A program made the translations under genes and the position numbers. Positions 45,489 through 55,015 of a DNA stretch of 64,000 bases are shown one piece after another; position 1 is the first letter of the stretch, and each line of letters starts with the position of its first letter. The notes below the pieces were generated by a model that was given only the letters and a program-made list of their open reading frames with translations, ran no database searches and had not been told where the DNA came from. The stretch covers positions 128,091-192,090 of the forward strand of contig CAZQHP010000001.1 of the NCBI GenBank assembly GCA_964593805.1. Reading direction: 5' to 3'. The stretch is from an uncultured Candidatus Saccharibacteria bacterium. GTDB lineage: Bacteria; Patescibacteriota; Saccharimonadia; Saccharimonadales; JBBQAJ01.

Positions 45489-45938
45489 ATGTTAGGAAAA
45501 ATCAAAAAATATCAAAAATCTGCTGTCTGGCGCAATCTGCGCGATGTGCGGTTTTTGGGGTTCATGGTGTTTGGCGTCATGGTGCTGCTGGCTAGCTGGA
45601 GCGGGGTTTCGGTAATTGAAACCAATTACGAACTGCAAAAACAAATTGCCCAACTGGACCAGCAAAACCAAGTCCAGCAGCTTACCAATACCAACCTAAA
45701 GCTGCAGAATGAATACTACAACACCGACACGTTCCTGGAACTAACAGCCCGCAAACAATTTGGCAAAGGCGCTCCCGGCGAAAAACTGCTACTGGTACCA
45801 AAAAGCGTGGCTCTGGCTCATGCCAAGCAATTGCCAGAGGAAAAACCAGCCGCGCCTGCCACCCAGCCCACAGACCAGCCCGGGTATCAGAAAAACTTCA
45901 ATGCTTGGATGGACTTTATTTTCCACCGCGAAAGCTAG
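45489..45938 (+). CDS. FtsB/DivIC-like septum formation initiator
   Basis: N-terminal TM then the coiled coil 'NYELQKQIAQLDQQNQVQQLTNTNLKLQNE...'. The size is typical. Confidence 0.6.
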   Translation: MLGKIKKYQKSAVWRNLRDVRFLGFMVFGVMVLLASWSGVSVIETNYELQKQIAQLDQQNQVQQLTNTNLKLQNEYYNTDTFLELTARKQFGKGAPGEKLLLVPKSVALAHAKQLPEEKPAAPATQPTDQPGYQKNFNAWMDFIFHRES

Positions 45939-45946
45939 CAACAAAT

Positions 45947-46489
45947 TTATTTGAGCTTAGACAGGTGGCGCAAACCAAGCAGTACCAAAATGCCCATAAT
46001 CGCGGCGCCGGCAAAAGAGGCAACAGAGGCGTACATAGCCAGGATACCAAACGTCCAGTAAGCATAGCCGTCACCCAGCAGCAGCCCCCGTAGCGTCTCG
46101 CCCTGGAACAGCGTTTGTTTTTGCTGTTGCAGCTTCGTGTTGGTGGGGTCTTTCATGGCTTCGGCGCTGACTTCGGAATACGTCTTACCGCCGGCGACTT
46201 TTTCCAGGTGCCTGCCAATAAAGCCGTTGGCATAAGCTTTGGCTTTAGGTCCGTCGTCTACTAACTGTCCGGCATACTGCTGGAGATCTGGAAACACAGC
46301 CGGGTCTAAACTGGCGCTGCCTGCCGGCGGAAAGTAAACTTTTTGGGCTGCCAGCTCAGTCCGGACGCTATTGGTCGCGAATTTGTAGCCGTACCACGCC
46401 AGACTGCCCGCGACTAACAGCATTGCCGTGGCCGCTATCCCCAATAATATAAATACCTTGTCTATTGCTTTTCTTTCAGCTGTTGCCAT
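45947..46489 (-). CDS. two-TM membrane protein, unknown function
   Basis: 180 aa with TM helices at both ends flanking a soluble loop. Confidence 0.5.
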   Translation of the reverse strand: MATAERKAIDKVFILLGIAATAMLLVAGSLAWYGYKFATNSVRTELAAQKVYFPPAGSASLDPAVFPDLQQYAGQLVDDGPKAKAYANGFIGRHLEKVAGGKTYSEVSAEAMKDPTNTKLQQQKQTLFQGETLRGLLLGDGYAYWTFGILAMYASVASFAGAAIMGILVLLGLRHLSKLK

Positions 46490-46585
46490 ATTGATTCCTT
46501 TGAATTTAATAGTTCATAGATAATCATAACGCTAACGGTTTATTATTAATAGCCCGCGTCTTCACAAATGGGCTATTATTAAAGT

Positions 46586-47467
46586 ATGTACGAAGACCAC
46601 ATCAAGCGAGTGCGCAAAGAGCTAAAAGCCGCCGGCGCCGGTTCGATTGGCCTTCAAACCTCGGAACGCGAAGAAATTGCCAGGATAATGCATCCCGACG
46701 AACATATTGGCGGGGTTATTTATGGCCGCTACGCGGGTGGCTTGGCTTGGTTGGTTGCCACCGACCACCGGGTCATATTTATGGACAAAAAGCCGCTTTT
46801 TACTACGAACGATGAGCTTACTTATGACGTTGTATCGGGAGTAAAAATAAGCAAAGCCGGTCCGTTTACCTCAGTTGTACTGCACACCAGGATTAGCGAC
46901 TATGCTTTGCGCTACGTGCCGGCCAAGTGCGCCCGTATATTCGTAAAGTTTATAGAAAAAAGACGCCTAGAAAGCGGTCAATACAATCAAGCAACCAGCC
47001 ACTACACGCAAGTACAAAGCGAACCAGTAAATTTGCAAAAAACCCAAAACGCAAGCGCTGAAGCTACAAAGTTTTTAAAAGAACACGATACAGCCGTTTT
47101 ATCCACCGTGGATCGTACTGGCAACGTAAACGGTGCCACTGTCTATTATTTGGTTGGCAGCGATAGCTGCATATACATTCTTACCAAATCCGGCACCGCC
47201 AAAGGCAGGAACGTCCATACGCACAGCCAGGTGGCTCTAACCGTGCACGAACCAGGCACTTTGCAAACGGTTCAACTGCAGGGAGTTGCCGAAGTCGAAA
47301 CAGACCAAGCAGTTAAAGCCAAAGTCTTTTCAGAAATTGTAAAACCGCGGCTGTACCGGGATAAAATGCAACTGCCGCCGGTAACCAAACTGCACGAAGG
47401 CGCGTTTGTGATAATCAGAATTAACCCCACACTGGTTAGTTTCCACGATTATGCCAAAACCGAATAA
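46586..47467 (+). CDS. bacterial PH-like domain fused to a pyridoxamine 5'-phosphate oxidase-like (FMN-binding split barrel) domain
   Basis: The N-terminal half 'HPDEHIGGVIYGRY...ATDHRVIFMDKKP' is bPH-like. The C-terminal half 'AVLSTVDRTGNVNGATVYY...ALTVHEP' is PNPOx/GSP26-like. Confidence 0.5.
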   Translation: MYEDHIKRVRKELKAAGAGSIGLQTSEREEIARIMHPDEHIGGVIYGRYAGGLAWLVATDHRVIFMDKKPLFTTNDELTYDVVSGVKISKAGPFTSVVLHTRISDYALRYVPAKCARIFVKFIEKRRLESGQYNQATSHYTQVQSEPVNLQKTQNASAEATKFLKEHDTAVLSTVDRTGNVNGATVYYLVGSDSCIYILTKSGTAKGRNVHTHSQVALTVHEPGTLQTVQLQGVAEVETDQAVKAKVFSEIVKPRLYRDKMQLPPVTKLHEGAFVIIRINPTLVSFHDYAKTE

Positions 47468-47471
47468 CAAC

Positions 47472-48056
47472 CTAAAAAATTATGTTGGTGTTGGGCAGGG
47501 CGGCTTTTAGTTTGCTTATAGCTTCCTGGCTGAGCGGGTTACCAGTCAGGTTGAATTCTTTCAGGGTGTTTTTTAAGTTGGCCAGCTCATTTGGCAGGCC
47601 GGTGATTTTGTTGTAGCTGTAGTTCAGCGTCTGTAGCTTGTTCAACTGGCCAATTTCCGCGGGCATGCCGGTCATGTTGTTGTAGCTTACGTCCAGAACT
47701 ATCAGTGGCATTTTGCGTACTTCGCCGATTAGCGAACCGTCTAGTATGTTGTGATCTAGCTTTAGTATTTGCAGGTTTGTCATTTTGCCCATTTCTGACG
47801 GCAAAGTTCTGAGGTTGTTGTTGGAAAGAATCAGCTGGGTCGTGCCGGTTTTGCCGTATATGCTGGAATCTACTTTGGTAAGCCCTTTGCTGCTCAAATC
47901 AAGCGTATTGGCGGTACTGGCCGCTGGTACAGTTGATTGGCCGGAGCCAGTAGTACTAACCGAAGTTGAGCTACCAGGCTTTGTTTTGTCATATGCCACC
48001 CAGCCCCCCAAGCCGACTACCGCTAGAACCAAAACCACAATTACAAAATTCTTCAC
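47472..48056 (-). CDS. membrane-anchored leucine-rich repeat (LRR) protein
   Basis: N-terminal TM, then about 5 LRRs ('LILSNNNLRTLPSEMGKMTNLQILKLDHN...','LNYSYNKITGLPNELANL'). Confidence 0.8.
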   Translation of the reverse strand: MKNFVIVVLVLAVVGLGGWVAYDKTKPGSSTSVSTTGSGQSTVPAASTANTLDLSSKGLTKVDSSIYGKTGTTQLILSNNNLRTLPSEMGKMTNLQILKLDHNILDGSLIGEVRKMPLIVLDVSYNNMTGMPAEIGQLNKLQTLNYSYNKITGLPNELANLKNTLKEFNLTGNPLSQEAISKLKAALPNTNIIF

Positions 48057-48179
48057 AAAACCTCCTTCGTAAGCCTATATTGTATCAGCTTCACGAAACA
48101 CCAAACAGGAACAGGACTTAATTAACGGGTGAAGCGAGCTATCCGAAAAAGCCGACGACTTCACAAGACGAATAAAAAA

Positions 48180-48749
48180 TCAGTTTACGCTGTAGCAGTT
48201 TACGTAAGCAAGGAATTCGAAGCCGTTTGGTTCTTCTCCAAATCCGGTTACAGTCCAACTTGATATGCCAGATGACTCATCACCCGCTACATTGCCAGTA
48301 ACGTGCATCTTCTTGTTTGGCGAGCTTGTGAAGCCGCCTGACAGGGCGATGTCGTTTGAATCGTCACAAAACGCTTCAGCTGTAGCTGGAGTAGTTGTTG
48401 TAACTGTGGCTGGACTGCTGTCACGGCGATAGACGTTGCTCTTGTTTATTGTGCCACTCTGCAAGTTATTTATGGCTGTCTGCTGGTCCGCATTGTTGTT
48501 AGCTTGAGCTGTATTGGTGTTTTTCTGCAGTGCCCATCTGATTTGATTGTCTGCCTGGTTGGCCAACAAGAAACAAATAGTATTTTCAAGCCTGTCTTCG
48601 GGATTATTAGTAGTTATTGCTTGGCATTTCTGATAAGAATACGCCGCCGCTTCATTGTAAAAATCTGCAGCCGTTAGAGCAAAAGCGGTACCGCCACTAA
48701 CTACTAATACCCCTGTTAATGCTAAAAAAAACTTTTTTAATTTTGACAT
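48180..48749 (-). CDS. secreted hypothetical protein
   Basis: Signal peptide 'MSKLKKFFLALTGVLVVSGGTAFALTA' and a Cys-containing mature part. Confidence 0.55.
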   Translation of the reverse strand: MSKLKKFFLALTGVLVVSGGTAFALTAADFYNEAAAYSYQKCQAITTNNPEDRLENTICFLLANQADNQIRWALQKNTNTAQANNNADQQTAINNLQSGTINKSNVYRRDSSPATVTTTTPATAEAFCDDSNDIALSGGFTSSPNKKMHVTGNVAGDESSGISSWTVTGFGEEPNGFEFLAYVNCYSVN

Positions 48750-48882
48750 ACTTTGGTCTCCCTTATTTATAAGCTTAAGTGTATACCTATTTTTGTAATT
48801 TTATAAAGCTTATGTTGTATAAAATATTTAAAATCATAAGCTCAATAGTTTGGCAATTGTGGATAAACGCCAGTAGTTGTAT

Positions 48883-49461
48883 TTACAATGATTCGATATT
48901 AGTGAATTCTGACAGGATTTTTTTATAGAGCTCGTTGTCTTCGGCATTTTTACAATTATTAGGCTGACTACCGTTAACAAAATAGTATTCACCAATTTTT
49001 ACAGCTACGTCCTTCAGCTGGTCGTTTAACTTCTGGTATCTAGTCCAGTCTACGCTTAGGTTGCAGGACTTATCTTTTAAATATTCTGGTCTGACTGTTA
49101 GGGTTATCGCCGAGACCTCCTGACCGTATTGCGCGTATGAATAATTTTTATGGGCGTAAGTAACTTTTTCAGCTTCTTGCATCTTTAGTTTTATGCCCCA
49201 CTCTTTAACCACAAGGTAATTCTCAGCATTGCTTGCCACTTCTTTGCTTATGTTTGTACTGGGTACGGACTTAGTTTTCTCTTCAGTTTCCACGAGCGTG
49301 GTAAGGTCCGTCGTATCCGTCGTATCTGTGGGAGTTATAGAGTTAGTGGGTTTAGGTTGAGAGTAAAGTATTTTCCCGCCCGCAAAACCAGTCAAAATTG
49401 ATGCAGTTATCAGGACAATTAATTTTGTCCGGCTGCTAATGTTTCTCAAAAATCTTTTCAT
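48883..49461 (-). CDS. membrane-anchored hypothetical protein
   Basis: 192 aa with an N-terminal TM and a Thr/Asp-rich linker. Confidence 0.5.
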   Translation of the reverse strand: MKRFLRNISSRTKLIVLITASILTGFAGGKILYSQPKPTNSITPTDTTDTTDLTTLVETEEKTKSVPSTNISKEVASNAENYLVVKEWGIKLKMQEAEKVTYAHKNYSYAQYGQEVSAITLTVRPEYLKDKSCNLSVDWTRYQKLNDQLKDVAVKIGEYYFVNGSQPNNCKNAEDNELYKKILSEFTNIESL

Positions 49462-49591
49462 AAACTAAATACATTTTGGACCAACGACGACCATGTTAGC
49501 AAGCACAAGCAAAAAGAAAAAGCTTCATATTTATGTTGAGATTTTTTGTTGGCTGTTCAGTTTGCTAGACAGCTAACAAGCACGCCGGCTG

Positions 49592-50437
49592 CTATTTGCA
49601 GTAGTCACTGGTTTTGCCAGCTTTGTCGTCGCCGCCGGGCAGGGCTTTGATGGTAGTTTTTTCGTTGCCGGTAAGCAGATCTAGCCAGCAAACCGCGTAA
49701 AAAGCCTGCTCTTTATCTTGCGCATGTTCGCTTGCGTAAATTGAATTTTTAGAAGCTTCGTTTTGGCTTCTCAGGTCATAAACGCCAAAGTCAACCGCTG
49801 CGTTTCCGGTTTTCACAAAGCCGACGGCTGTCGCGATTACGTCGCCTTGGCTAACCAGTACCGGGTTGTCAAAACGCGTTGTACGGGAATCATCAAGCTT
49901 GGCGGCTGGGAGCAGATCAACCTGCTTTTGCATCTCGGCTGATACGGTCAATAGATGGTCAAACCGAAAGGCTATACCGCATGGGTTGACGAAAAACAGC
50001 AATATCTGGACCTCGCCTCCTTCAATGTAGCGGCTCCCCAGCGTCAGATAGCCGCTAGTAGGCGCTTTTACCGTTACGTCATTTTTCTTGTCAGCAAACC
50101 TAAAACCTCCGTGTGGCTTGTACTGGCCCCGGGTTTGGCCCGGATAAAGCACCGCTGTTGGCAAACTTACGTCAACCGGTGAATTTAGTACAATCGGTTC
50201 GCTGCATTTTGGCGCTTTGCCTTCGGCTTGCCACTTATCTCCACTAAAGTCCCAGTTTACAAATTCACTTTTTGAAACCCCAGTTGATTTTTCTTGGTTT
50301 GGACTTGTTTGTGAGCTGTTGCTTTCGGTTTTTTTAGATCCCAGCACGCGCCAGCCAGCAAAACCGACAACTGCAATTACTACTACGACTAAAATTGCTG
50401 CTAGATGTGCAATACCTGTTTGGTTTAATTTTTTCAT
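49592..50437 (-). CDS. pilin-like N-terminal helix fused to a LytM/M23-like beta domain (degenerate prepilin site)
   Basis: The start was moved to 'MKKLNQTGIAHLAAILVVVVIAVVGFAGWRV'. The core 'VKAPTSGYL...FRFDHLL...VSQGDVIA...AVDFGVYD' follows the M23 duplicated-hybrid pattern without the catalytic His residues. Confidence 0.6.
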   Translation of the reverse strand: MKKLNQTGIAHLAAILVVVVIAVVGFAGWRVLGSKKTESNSSQTSPNQEKSTGVSKSEFVNWDFSGDKWQAEGKAPKCSEPIVLNSPVDVSLPTAVLYPGQTRGQYKPHGGFRFADKKNDVTVKAPTSGYLTLGSRYIEGGEVQILLFFVNPCGIAFRFDHLLTVSAEMQKQVDLLPAAKLDDSRTTRFDNPVLVSQGDVIATAVGFVKTGNAAVDFGVYDLRSQNEASKNSIYASEHAQDKEQAFYAVCWLDLLTGNEKTTIKALPGGDDKAGKTSDYCK

Positions 50438-50600
50438 GTATTTATCCTGCTTATGCTTATAACTATAACTGATGTTTGAGGCAAAGTTATAAATGATAAA
50501 AAAATCTAGCCTTTTACGGGGAGATAATTTACAGGTTATTAAACTGCAAAGATTAACTCCTACGTAGGTGCGTCTTCTTAACACCCATGATCAAAGTGAC

Positions 50601-51956
50601 TTAGTTTGAATTTAGCTGATACTGCTGGTTATCATCAAGCGTGGTTACAATAAAATACTTTTCGCACGGCTTATTAAATCTGCCGCAGTCTTGATTATCG
50701 TCATTTAGGGCAGAGACGTAGGCGTATTGACTGCCACTGAGTCCAATCAAGCGGCCTGCTGGGTCTTTAAATATGTCTAAGTCAGCGCCAGGCATTTGGC
50801 TACGAATAAATGACTCTTGGTCTACGCTCATTTCGTTTCGCTCTGGGTAGTGACCAGTCTTTGCTTTGTATATTTCTAACGCAGTTTTGATACCTTTTAA
50901 GTCAGCTATACGCTCTTTGTCGGTATCGCTTTTGGCCTGCTGGTACTGTTTATTAAATAACTGCGTGAGCACAATGCCATAGCCCAATTTGCTAGTGAGT
51001 TTTTCGGCCTGAGGCGCTACGATTGTGTTGCTGTCATTCGCAACTGTTTTGAGACTAAATGTGGCGTCGCTAAACGGTCTACCTTCGTACTGGATTTGTT
51101 CTATGATTTTGGTGTCCGTGTTTACCCACACATCAGCGGTAACGGTATCTGCTGATACCCCTGTGTTTGGAAACAGCGTAGAAAGTACAGGCACATTCGC
51201 TGAACCATCAATACGTGAAGCTAATTGCGTAAATGCATCTTTTGTAAGTGTCACCGTGTATTTGCGAGTAGTCTTGCCGTTAAGTGTTTCTTCTGCACCT
51301 ATTGATGTGAGCGTCATACCATCAAAGTTGCTTGATTCTGAAGCAGTAGTTGATTTGCTAACAGGTTGCTCAAAGATGTAGCCACCTACTTCCAGCCACT
51401 GGTCTTGGTTGCTAAATAGGTTGCTGGTTTCTGTAAACTCGGCTATCTTTTCCTGAATGCCTTTGGGGCCAAAGTTACTGTAGTGCGTTGCTAGTTTTTT
51501 AAGGTCTTCAAATTGTGAAAAGTTTACATAGTAATTTCCGCTTACTTTTCTTACTACTAACTCCGGGTTTTGCAAAAATGTACTAGTTTGGATTGCTACC
51601 TCAGAATCACCAGCTGCGCTGGTCTTTATTGTGTAGTTAAAGTCAGGGTCATTTGGTCCTGCCTGGTCAAGCTTGCCACTTACTGTATATGCACCAGGGT
51701 TCGACACGTAGTTGGAAACGGCTTTTTTAAGCACATTTTCAGGCTTGTTCGGTAGATATACTAAAGCAACATAAGCAGTTGCACTTCCCACGAGCAATAC
51801 ACATAGTACAACCACAGCTAAAATAATAAGGGATTTCTTTTTACTTTTTGCGTGCTGTTGGTCGCTTGCTGGCTGTATAGGCGAAGCAGGTTGCTCTGTT
51901 TGATTTGTTTGTGGTTCTGAGTTCTGACTATCATGAATTTGTTGTGAATTTTCCAT
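50601..51956 (-). CDS. membrane-anchored protein with a C-terminal pseudopilin/GspG-like globular motif
   Basis: The start was moved to 'MENSQQ...'. Has a TM at 'LIILAVVVLCVLLVGSATAYVALV'. The C-terminus reads 'RIADLKGIKTALEIYKAKTGHYPE...'. Confidence 0.5.
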   Translation of the reverse strand: MENSQQIHDSQNSEPQTNQTEQPASPIQPASDQQHAKSKKKSLIILAVVVLCVLLVGSATAYVALVYLPNKPENVLKKAVSNYVSNPGAYTVSGKLDQAGPNDPDFNYTIKTSAAGDSEVAIQTSTFLQNPELVVRKVSGNYYVNFSQFEDLKKLATHYSNFGPKGIQEKIAEFTETSNLFSNQDQWLEVGGYIFEQPVSKSTTASESSNFDGMTLTSIGAEETLNGKTTRKYTVTLTKDAFTQLASRIDGSANVPVLSTLFPNTGVSADTVTADVWVNTDTKIIEQIQYEGRPFSDATFSLKTVANDSNTIVAPQAEKLTSKLGYGIVLTQLFNKQYQQAKSDTDKERIADLKGIKTALEIYKAKTGHYPERNEMSVDQESFIRSQMPGADLDIFKDPAGRLIGLSGSQYAYVSALNDDNQDCGRFNKPCEKYFIVTTLDDNQQYQLNSN

Positions 51957-52087
51957 ATACGAAAAGCATAGCACGGAGTATACTTTTTAAATACTCCGTT
52001 AAGATAAAATAACAAAATGGGATTAGCCAACAGTGTCGCCCTTATTCTATGGTTAAACCCTGGAATAAAATCGGTTAGGATTAACTA

Positions 52088-52648
52088 CTATGGCGTGGGC
52101 GACAGGGCGCTGAATTTAACGTCCGCCGGCACTGTCAAAACCGATTCATCAACTGACCAGTCCTTGCACTTTAGAGAAAAATCTTTGCCAGCCGTAGCGG
52201 TACTGCTAGTGGTCGGCGACCCAGTGTTTTGGGTTTGAATTGTGCTGGCATCAAATACAAAACCAAAACTGCCGCTGTCGGTCTTTGTCCAGCTGTACAC
52301 TTTGTCGCCGTTTATTAGGGTATTGGCTTGCCCAGAATTGCCTCGTTCTGTCACAAGGTCCAAAATTACTCGTCCTCGGCCTTTGCCATCGGTGTACATT
52401 TTGCCGTTCCCGCTGCCAGCCCCGTCCGAATAACTCAAAGTACATTCTCTGGCTTTGCCGTCACTACGCAAACTTTGCAAACTGCCTTGGATTTCTGTTC
52501 CCTCAACTTCTTTAGACGATTCTGTTTTTGGGTTTTGTGTGGTTTGGACATTTTGTTTTTTGTCTGAGTTTTTATTCATAATAAAGTAACCGCCCGCGCC
52601 CACCGCTACTAGCAAACCAATTAAAATTCCTACTAGTTTTACGTTCAT
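52088..52648 (-). CDS. membrane-anchored hypothetical protein
   Basis: 186 aa with the N-terminal TM 'LVGILIGLLVAVGAGGYFIM'. Confidence 0.5.
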   Translation of the reverse strand: MNVKLVGILIGLLVAVGAGGYFIMNKNSDKKQNVQTTQNPKTESSKEVEGTEIQGSLQSLRSDGKARECTLSYSDGAGSGNGKMYTDGKGRGRVILDLVTERGNSGQANTLINGDKVYSWTKTDSGSFGFVFDASTIQTQNTGSPTTSSTATAGKDFSLKCKDWSVDESVLTVPADVKFSALSPTP

Positions 52649-52692
52649 AAAAACCTCCTATTACATGGACTATTATCTCACCTAAACGACTA

Positions 52693-52791
52693 CTATTTAC
52701 AATAATCACCGGCTTCGCTCATTTTATCATCTCCGTTCGGCAGGGATTTGAAGGTAGTTTTTCATTTTCCAGGAGCACATCTAGCCAATAA
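52693..52791 (-). pseudogene. decayed C-terminal tail of 52792..54024, homologous to the tail of 49592..50437
   Basis: This DNA aligns by eye, at roughly two-thirds identity, with 49592-49700. With one stop and two frame changes it reads 'YWLDVLLENEK/TTFKSLPNGDDKMSEAGDYCK*' versus 'CWLDLLTGNEKTTIKALPGGDDKAGKTSDYCK*'. Confidence 0.55.
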
Positions 52792-54024
52792 TTACCTGGC
52801 GTAAACCTTGGCAGAACTAGTAAACCCTGCGACCGCTGAACACGATTTTTTAACAAATGGCTCGGCTTTTACTTGGCGGTCTTCTATCATTTGAACCAGC
52901 AAGCAGCCCTCTGTTTGGTCGACGTTTTTGACTTTCGGTCCTTTGATTAAACTCTTATTGTCCCAAAACGCTCCACTGGGTTCTAGGTAGCTGTATTTCT
53001 GCAGTTCGTATTTAACTAAACCGGTATCTTTGCTGACTGTTGCTGGGTCGGGCGCGTTGCCTTTGGCGGCAAACTGTTCGGCGTTGCCGCCAAAGTCCCC
53101 GATCGAGATATTAAAGTGCGTGGGATCATACAGGTTCGGGGCAATCGACAGGTGCGTACTAGCATATGTATCGCTTCTGCCCTGGTTTGTGCCACTGTAG
53201 CCGCCGCTGCCGCTAACAAACCAGTTGCCGACCAGTTTGCCGTCTATGTCGTGATCAATTTTGCCGGATCGGGGTTCGACCGTTCTAGGGTTTCTAGCTT
53301 CCACGATGACCCGAAGCTCGGGCGTGTACATCGGCAGCGGATCAGCCGTAAAAATCTTCCAGGCTTCACCGTCATAACTGGCCGGATTTACAAACCCGGT
53401 TAATGGCTTGTCGGTGTCCCAGTAGGCAAAGTCCAGCGTTTGCCCGCCGATCATGCCCACTTGCTCGCCGGCCTTTATAGGCATATTGACGCTCCGATTT
53501 TTTTCATAAGCTTCCTTGACTTTGCCGCTCAAACTGGTAACTAAATCGTAATAATAAAGCGAGGTGCAGCTATGCGCGAAAACAAACCGGTATTCCGTGC
53601 CTTTGTTATTAGTGCGCGGCTGGATGTCTACAATTTGGGCGTCAGCCATAGCGTAAACCGGGTAGGCGTCACGCGGCGAATTGTAACTTGCCGGCGAAAA
53701 ATACTGGTGATCAATAGGCGTTACATGGTATCCAACCACCAAACCGTAAGGTACTATTATGCTGAAGTCTGATTCTTTCATTGGCAAATGAGTGAAAGTT
53801 AGTTTTTCAGTTCCACTGCATCTGTTGCCGCTTATGTGCTTGCCTGCCTTGACGGCTTTATTCTCAGACGAGTCGTTGCTACGTAAAATCTCTGACGGCT
53901 TACCGCCACCGCTCTTGTTTAATTGCTTGGATACTCGCCAGCCAACCATCCCGATAACTGCAATGACAACTATAATAATAACTAGACCAATGTGGCCAAA
54001 GCCATCAGCTCGCTTTCTCTGCAT
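52792..54024 (-). CDS. pilin-like N-terminal helix fused to a LytM/M23-like domain plus an extra C-terminal domain
   Basis: 'MQRKRADGFGHIGLVIIIVVIAVIGMVGWRV' and 'PVYAMADAQIV...IKAGEQVGMIGGQTLDFAYWD'. Confidence 0.6.
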   Translation of the reverse strand: MQRKRADGFGHIGLVIIIVVIAVIGMVGWRVSKQLNKSGGGKPSEILRSNDSSENKAVKAGKHISGNRCSGTEKLTFTHLPMKESDFSIIVPYGLVVGYHVTPIDHQYFSPASYNSPRDAYPVYAMADAQIVDIQPRTNNKGTEYRFVFAHSCTSLYYYDLVTSLSGKVKEAYEKNRSVNMPIKAGEQVGMIGGQTLDFAYWDTDKPLTGFVNPASYDGEAWKIFTADPLPMYTPELRVIVEARNPRTVEPRSGKIDHDIDGKLVGNWFVSGSGGYSGTNQGRSDTYASTHLSIAPNLYDPTHFNISIGDFGGNAEQFAAKGNAPDPATVSKDTGLVKYELQKYSYLEPSGAFWDNKSLIKGPKVKNVDQTEGCLLVQMIEDRQVKAEPFVKKSCSAVAGFTSSAKVYAR

Positions 54025-54169
54025 ACCTAACCAGAATATACCCGAAAAGTAGTTTGCACAAACCGTTTATGCTAGAGGGGACAACCCATAGCGTCCTGAA
54101 AAACCTCGTCCTTGTCGTTCATACCTGCATAATATCAAAACACCTCAGAGGAGGGTTGGCGGCCGCCCC

Positions 54170-54949
54170 CTATCTGCCTTCGGCTTGGGCGGGTGTCAGA
54201 GTTTTCATGATGCACCCAACAGGACTTTGGGCAGCGGTGTCATATAACTCAAGGCCCGAGGTTGATTCCCAGTTTTGTTGCATAGCAGCCAGATCGGCCA
54301 AAAGCTTATCTTTTACTGAAGCCGCTACCAGTGTAGACGGACAGTAGTGTGTGGTGCTGCCGTTTTCGTCTTTGTTTATCTGAATCTCAAACCTTGTGAA
54401 GCCATTGTTTTGCATGGCTGGTTCGCCGATTTTGTCGCCCGCTTTTACTGCGTCACCTTGCTTAACTTTAACGTTAATCAAGTGGTCATAGCCGATTGTC
54501 CAGACAGAATTTTCTTTGGGCTGCAAAAAGACTTCATAGTCGCCTGTTTCCGACTGTTGCTTTACAAAACCCACGACTCCGTCAATTGCCGCAACTACTT
54601 TGGTACCTGCTTTTAGAGACGCAAATTCAAAGTTCGGGTTGGTGCGCCCGCCGCTCAGTTTATCTCCGAACACGTAGAAGCCTTTAAGCCCCTGGGACTG
54701 AAAATCTCTCAGCGCTTGAGAAGTCACATCCACATCGTCCAAACTTTCCAGGCCAAAATTTTGCAATTCGACATCTGCCTCGGTTTCATCTTTCGATTCG
54801 TTTTGCTGGCCGGCTTGGGTTTGATTAGACGGCTCGCCTTTGGTCTTAAAAACTTGCCAGCCGACAAAACCAATTACTCCAACTACTAAAAATACGATTA
54901 CTACTTCTACGGCATGAAATCCAGCTTGGTTTAGTTTTTTCAAGTTCAA
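54170..54949 (-). CDS. type IV prepilin-like protein fused to a LytM/M23-like domain
   Basis: 'KKLNQAG|FHAVEVVIVFLVVGVIGFVGW' is a class III signal with G-1, F+1 and E+5. The core is 'GTKVVAAIDGVVGFV...YDHLINVKVKQGDAVKAGDKIGEP...FTRFEIQI'. Confidence 0.7.
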   Translation of the reverse strand: MNLKKLNQAGFHAVEVVIVFLVVGVIGFVGWQVFKTKGEPSNQTQAGQQNESKDETEADVELQNFGLESLDDVDVTSQALRDFQSQGLKGFYVFGDKLSGGRTNPNFEFASLKAGTKVVAAIDGVVGFVKQQSETGDYEVFLQPKENSVWTIGYDHLINVKVKQGDAVKAGDKIGEPAMQNNGFTRFEIQINKDENGSTTHYCPSTLVAASVKDKLLADLAAMQQNWESTSGLELYDTAAQSPVGCIMKTLTPAQAEGR

Positions 54950-55015
54950 TTCCTATGTTACTACCATAAGCATAATTCTGGGTGGACAAAACTACAATGG
55001 TTCAGATTATCGAAA

